Assembly (NCBI GenBank): GCA_017992305.1
Contig: JAGOOX010000001.1
Location: 1 to 48,368, forward strand
DNA: 48,368 nt
Direction: 5' to 3'
Source: Minisyncoccota bacterium
GTDB taxonomy: Bacteria; Patescibacteriota; Minisyncoccia; Phycocordibacterales; UBA9973
The translations under genes were made by a program, and so were the position numbers. Under the pieces are notes generated by a model. The model made no database searches, had not been told where the DNA came from, and saw only the letters and a list, made by a program, of their open reading frames with translations. This document shows, one piece after another, positions 44,617 through 48,368 of this stretch; position 1 is the first letter of the stretch, and every line of letters starts with the position of its first letter.

Positions 44617-45159
44617 TTAAGCTTTATTTTTAAGAGAGTCTTGATATTTTCTAAAATCAATAGCCAGTGAATAATCTTTTATGTGTGATAAATCTTCAGG
44701 CTCTGCTGGGGGTATTTTTTCTGCAAAATCGTCCCAAAAAGTTTTCCAATCTTCTAGAGTAACAGTGTCTTGAGTTGTTGGAGCCACACTTAGTGTTGAT
44801 CTATCCTCAAAAGATTCTACTGAGACATTAAAACCCTTGTCTTTGAAATAATTAATCATTGACTCTGGTATTGTAAAATTTTTATTGTACATATCTACAA
44901 ACTGGTTGCGTAGTTTGGTTTCGTGAAAACCTGATTGAAAAGTTTTGTAGCCTTTTTCGTTTAGTAAAAACACTGCGTCTCGAACCTGGTACTCTAGGCC
45001 TTCTTTGTAGATACCTAATTGGTATTCAGTTTCAGTAGCTATCGGATTTTCGGCTATTCGTTTTTTTATTCTATCGTTCCATCCTAAACGCTCGGCTTCT
45101 CTTTGTGTCTGCTCAAGTTCGTGTATTACTTCATTATTATTTTGTGTAAATTCTTCCAT
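44617..45159 (-). CDS. Hypothetical acidic protein (180 aa)
   Basis: Clean ORF with no motif recognised. Its stop is 7 nt from the tRNA-Trp 3' end. Confidence 0.55.
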   Translation of the reverse strand: MEEFTQNNNEVIHELEQTQREAERLGWNDRIKKRIAENPIATETEYQLGIYKEGLEYQVRDAVFLLNEKGYKTFQSGFHETKLRNQFVDMYNKNFTIPESMINYFKDKGFNVSVESFEDRSTLSVAPTTQDTVTLEDWKTFWDDFAEKIPPAEPEDLSHIKDYSLAIDFRKYQDSLKNKA

Positions 45160-45445
45160 TAGTTTATTTTAGTTTAAATTTTTTAATAAATAAAGGCCAA
45201 AATTTAATAAAGTTTATTGTAAACTTAAATTTACTAAAAATATTTTAGTTTTTTCGGTTAGTAATTCTTCAAAAAGCTTTATTTATAAAGCTCAAAACAA
45301 AAATACAATAAAAAACAAATAAAAACTGTGGATAATGGGTGGGTAACTTTTGGTTTTGAATTTTAAAGCTTAAAAAGCCTTTAAACATAAGACTTTTGTG
45401 TTTTATCTAAAAAGTTTACGAATTCCTAAAAAAGCCTTATTTTTA

Positions 45446-45474
45446 TTGAGAAAGGCCCCTAAAAATTATATAAT
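45446..45474 (+). promoter_or_regulatory. Promoter TTGAGA-17 nt-TATAAT upstream of the fibre-like gene
   Basis: TTGAGA 45446-45451, TATAAT 45469-45474. AAGGAGG at 45486-45492 is too far from ATG 45557 to serve as its Shine-Dalgarno. Confidence 0.55.
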
Positions 45475-45556
45475 ACAAGGGTAACAAGGAGGCACCGCAT
45501 AGGTCAAGTTTTTTGTCTATGTGTTTGCAAATTAATTTGTATTTAATTTAGGCTAA

Positions 45557-48368
45557 ATGAGAAGATTTTTAACAAAAATAAAAAATATTCTAAGCAATTT
45601 CAATGGTAAAAAATCATTTACTTTTGGCTTGTTTTTTATAGTTGTTATTGGGCTTGTTTTGCCTCCGGTTCAATCTATTTATTCGGCGACTGGTTCGCCA
45701 AAAATGATCCACCATCAGGGCCGCCTACTAGATACGTCAGGTAATTTACTGGGTGGTTCATCGGGTACAAACTACTGTTTTCGTTTTTCTTTGTGGGATG
45801 TAGCTTCAGCTGGTAGCGCAAACCCAAACCAATTGTGGCCAAGTGGTTTTGCAACACCGTCAACAATGACAATCAACGTTAAAAACGGTGTTATGAACGC
45901 CCGTGTTGGTGATGTTTCAGCTGGTGGTGATTTACTTGATTTTGACTTCAACTCAACTGACACCGTTTATCTACATATCGATGTTGCGGCACAAGTAGCA
46001 GGTTCTTGCGCGGGTGTTACTTTTGAAAGCCTAACCCCGTACCAACGTATTAGCGCTGCGCCATATGCGTTAAACTCAAACACTGTTGGTGGGTTTGCAC
46101 CATCACAAAATCCAACTGGTTCAAATATTCCTGTTTTAAATTCAGGTAATCTAGATCTAGCTGGTGCCGTAAATGCTGGTGGTTTAACATTGGGTACTGC
46201 ATCAAGTGTTACTGGTGCAATTAATTTTAAAAACTCTACAAACAGTAATACTGCTACAATTCAATCAGGTGTCAGCACTGGTTCTTATACTTTAACTTTG
46301 CCAGTTGACGATGGTGCGCCGAATCAATTTTTACAAACAGATGGAACAGGTGCTTTGAGCTGGACAACGATTGGTGGAGGTGGTGATGCATTAATTGCTA
46401 ATCCTCTTTCGCAATTTTCGGCAACTACATCGGCACAACTAGCAGGTGTCATAACTAATGAAACCGGTAGTGGTGGTTTGGTTTTTGCAACTGCGCCAAC
46501 TTTTGATACAACAATCACTTTAACAACATCACCAACAGCAAGTGCGGGTGGTTATGAAATTTTAACTCGTAATACAACAAGTGGCGTTATTGAAAAAGTT
46601 TCATCGGGTACATTTTTAACAGGTAACCAAACAATCACTCTTTCTGGAGATGTAACAGGCTCAGGTGCAACAGGTATTACAGCAACAATTGGTGCCGATG
46701 CTGTGGCATTAGGTACTGATACAACAGGTAATTACGTAGCGACAATCGCTGATGCTGGATCTGGACGAATTACAGTTACTGGTTCAGGTTCTGAGAATGC
46801 AGGGGTTACGCTAGATATTGCCGATGATGCGGTAACCTTTGCAAAAATTCAAAATATTACCGATGCTCGTTTGATTGGTCGTAGTGCAGGTTCATCAGGT
46901 GATGCGCAAGAAATTACAGTTGGTACAGGTTTGTCACTTGCTGGTGGCGCACTAACTTCAACTATTACTCAATACACAAACGAAGACGCCCAAGACGCGG
47001 TTGGTGGTGCATTAACTAGTGAATTTACATACAATGATGGTGGTAACAGTATTGCAATCAATTCTATTAATTGGTCAAAACTTACAAGTACTCCAACAAC
47101 ACTTTCAGGTTATGGAATTACTGATAGCTTAAGCTCGACACTAGCTGACGGTACAATTTTAATTGGTAATGGTTCAAATGTAGCAACAGCTGTTACACCG
47201 TCAGGTGATGTTACATTTTCAAATGCGGGGGTTGCTACGGTTGCAAACAATTCAGTTGATGGCACAGATATTGCATTAGGCTCTGATGCCCAAGGTGACA
47301 TTATGTATTACGATGGTACTGACTGGGTACGATTGGGTGCTGGAACTTCAGGTCAATTTCTAAAAACTCAAGGTACTAGCGCCAATCCAACTTGGGCTAC
47401 TGTTGCATCAGGTTTAACTGTTGGTACTACAGCAATTACAAGTGGTACTGGCGGTAATATTTTATATAATAATGCTGGCGTATTAGGTGAAATGACGACT
47501 ACTGGTAGTGGTACTGTTATTGCTTTGGCAACTTCGCCTGTTTTTACAACACCTAATTTGGGTACACCGTCAGTTGTAACACTTACAAATGCAACTGGTT
47601 TACCACTAACTACTGGTGTTACTGGCACGCTACCAGTTGCCAATGGTGGTACTGGTGCAACAACACTTGCTGATTTAATTGCACTTGGCACAAATACTAC
47701 AGGCAACTATGTTGCAAGCATTACTGCGGGTACTGGTTTAACCGGTACAGTTGCAAGCGAAGGCTCTACGCCAACACTTGCTGTTGTTTCAGGCAACGGT
47801 GCGATAGTCGCAAATGCTGACGACATTACTTTAACAGTTGCCCCAAGTGCTAACGCCTTGTCATCAACTACATCAAGTGGTTCTGGTATGGAAGTTCTAT
47901 CAACTGGCCTTGCTTTAATACAAGGCTGTAGTGATACTCAAATATTAAAATGGAATGAAACAACTGATACTTGGGATTGTTCTACTGATGTTTCAGGAGG
48001 TGGAGGCGGCGCAACAACTGCACTTGATAATTTGGCCGGAGTTGCAATTAATACATCACTTATTTCTGACACTGATAATACAGATGCTCTTGGATCTGCA
48101 ACAATTGGTTGGTCTGACCTATTCTTGGGTAATGGTGCAGTTATAAATTTTAATAATGGAAACTTTACTGCAACTCATTCATCAGGTGCCCTTACTTTCT
48201 CAGGTACCATTTCAGCGTCTAACTTCTCTGGTTCTTCAAGTGGCACCAACACAGGAGACCAAACAAGCGTTACAGGCAACGCCGGCACCGTCACATTTGC
48301 CGATGCTGGAGGTGACACTACAACATTCATTGCACTTGGTACTGATGCAACCGGTGCACTATCACCTG
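45557..48368 (+). CDS. Large secreted/anchored fibre-like surface protein (at least 937 aa, 3'-truncated by the window edge), with phage-tail-fibre-like Gly/Thr/Ser-rich repeats
   Basis: Manual translation from ATG 45557 is stop-free to 48368. N-terminal TM/signal FTFGLFFIVVIGLVLPPV. Recurrent motifs LGT(D/N)TTGNYVA(T/S)I (x2), LPVANGGTGATTLADL, QGDIMYYDGTDWVRLGAGTSGQFLKTQG. Not in the ORF track because it has no stop in the window. Confidence 0.85.
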   Translation, partial: MRRFLTKIKNILSNFNGKKSFTFGLFFIVVIGLVLPPVQSIYSATGSPKMIHHQGRLLDTSGNLLGGSSGTNYCFRFSLWDVASAGSANPNQLWPSGFATPSTMTINVKNGVMNARVGDVSAGGDLLDFDFNSTDTVYLHIDVAAQVAGSCAGVTFESLTPYQRISAAPYALNSNTVGGFAPSQNPTGSNIPVLNSGNLDLAGAVNAGGLTLGTASSVTGAINFKNSTNSNTATIQSGVSTGSYTLTLPVDDGAPNQFLQTDGTGALSWTTIGGGGDALIANPLSQFSATTSAQLAGVITNETGSGGLVFATAPTFDTTITLTTSPTASAGGYEILTRNTTSGVIEKVSSGTFLTGNQTITLSGDVTGSGATGITATIGADAVALGTDTTGNYVATIADAGSGRITVTGSGSENAGVTLDIADDAVTFAKIQNITDARLIGRSAGSSGDAQEITVGTGLSLAGGALTSTITQYTNEDAQDAVGGALTSEFTYNDGGNSIAINSINWSKLTSTPTTLSGYGITDSLSSTLADGTILIGNGSNVATAVTPSGDVTFSNAGVATVANNSVDGTDIALGSDAQGDIMYYDGTDWVRLGAGTSGQFLKTQGTSANPTWATVASGLTVGTTAITSGTGGNILYNNAGVLGEMTTTGSGTVIALATSPVFTTPNLGTPSVVTLTNATGLPLTTGVTGTLPVANGGTGATTLADLIALGTNTTGNYVASITAGTGLTGTVASEGSTPTLAVVSGNGAIVANADDITLTVAPSANALSSTTSSGSGMEVLSTGLALIQGCSDTQILKWNETTDTWDCSTDVSGGGGGATTALDNLAGVAINTSLISDTDNTDALGSATIGWSDLFLGNGAVINFNNGNFTATHSSGALTFSGTISASNFSGSSSGTNTGDQTSVTGNAGTVTFADAGGDTTTFIALGTDATGALSP

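Noticed and set aside
45675-47706. Minus-strand ORFs 45675..45872, 45772..45963, 46324..46518, 47110..47301 and 47368..47706, plus plus-strand ORF 47955..48146
   Set aside because: All lie inside the long stop-free plus-strand fibre-like ORF, either antisense or off-frame. Their Pro/Val/Thr-rich translations are mirror artefacts of the Gly/Thr-rich coding strand.
1-48368. Alternative genetic code (UGA recoded, as in Gracilibacteria/Absconditabacteria)
   Set aside because: All long housekeeping ORFs are uninterrupted under the standard code and end at sensible positions next to terminators or the next gene. There is no sign of in-frame UGA read-through.

Overview
AT-rich bacterial window in the standard genetic code. 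It is compact, and its housekeeping genes are typical but often shortened: a short SMC, a 766-aa SecA, a 505-aa IF-2 and a 285-aa Fmt. That shortening, plus tandem TrbC/VirB2-like 'T4SS pilin' genes, suggests a Patescibacteria/CPR-type genome; this is inference, not proof.

Core genes:
- smc, secA, dnaE, rnhB
- the lepB-hisS-def-fmt operon
- pth, an S1-domain protein, gyrA
- rbfA-infB, a cysteine desulfurase, clpB, rpmG
- six tRNAs: Lys, Leu, Cys and Leu in one array, plus Tyr and Trp

Three real features are missing from the supplied ORF track:
- rpmG (44279..44440)
- a 43-aa Lys/Ala-rich histone-H1-like gene (3236..3367)
- an ORF of at least 937 aa for a fibre-like surface protein, which runs off the right edge (45557..48368)

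Most interesting observations:
1. A ~165-nt GC-rich structured element occurs twice (2771-2936 and 16421-16583). It shows compensatory base-pair changes, strand-specific G.U pairs and a G-quadruplex motif.
2. A 920-nt non-coding gap after smc carries promoter/terminator-bounded RNA candidates.
3. Two tandem cassettes (11.5-13.0 kb) have near-identical promoters and terminators but divergent ORFs of equal length.
4. A ~0.9-kb insertion at the 3' end of gyrA is bracketed by a 41-nt perfect direct repeat.
5. An accessory island (26.8-35.4 kb) abuts a four-tRNA array. It holds five tandem pilin-like genes, a DUF4407/SPFH/membrane trio, and an HExxH metalloprotease with a tightly coupled small ORF.
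6. The 3' end of tRNA-Tyr is present three times.
7. A 'TGn + -10 hexamer + 6-7 nt + ATG' geometry recurs and implies leaderless mRNAs.

All family assignments come from motif recognition by eye and need HMM or BLAST confirmation.
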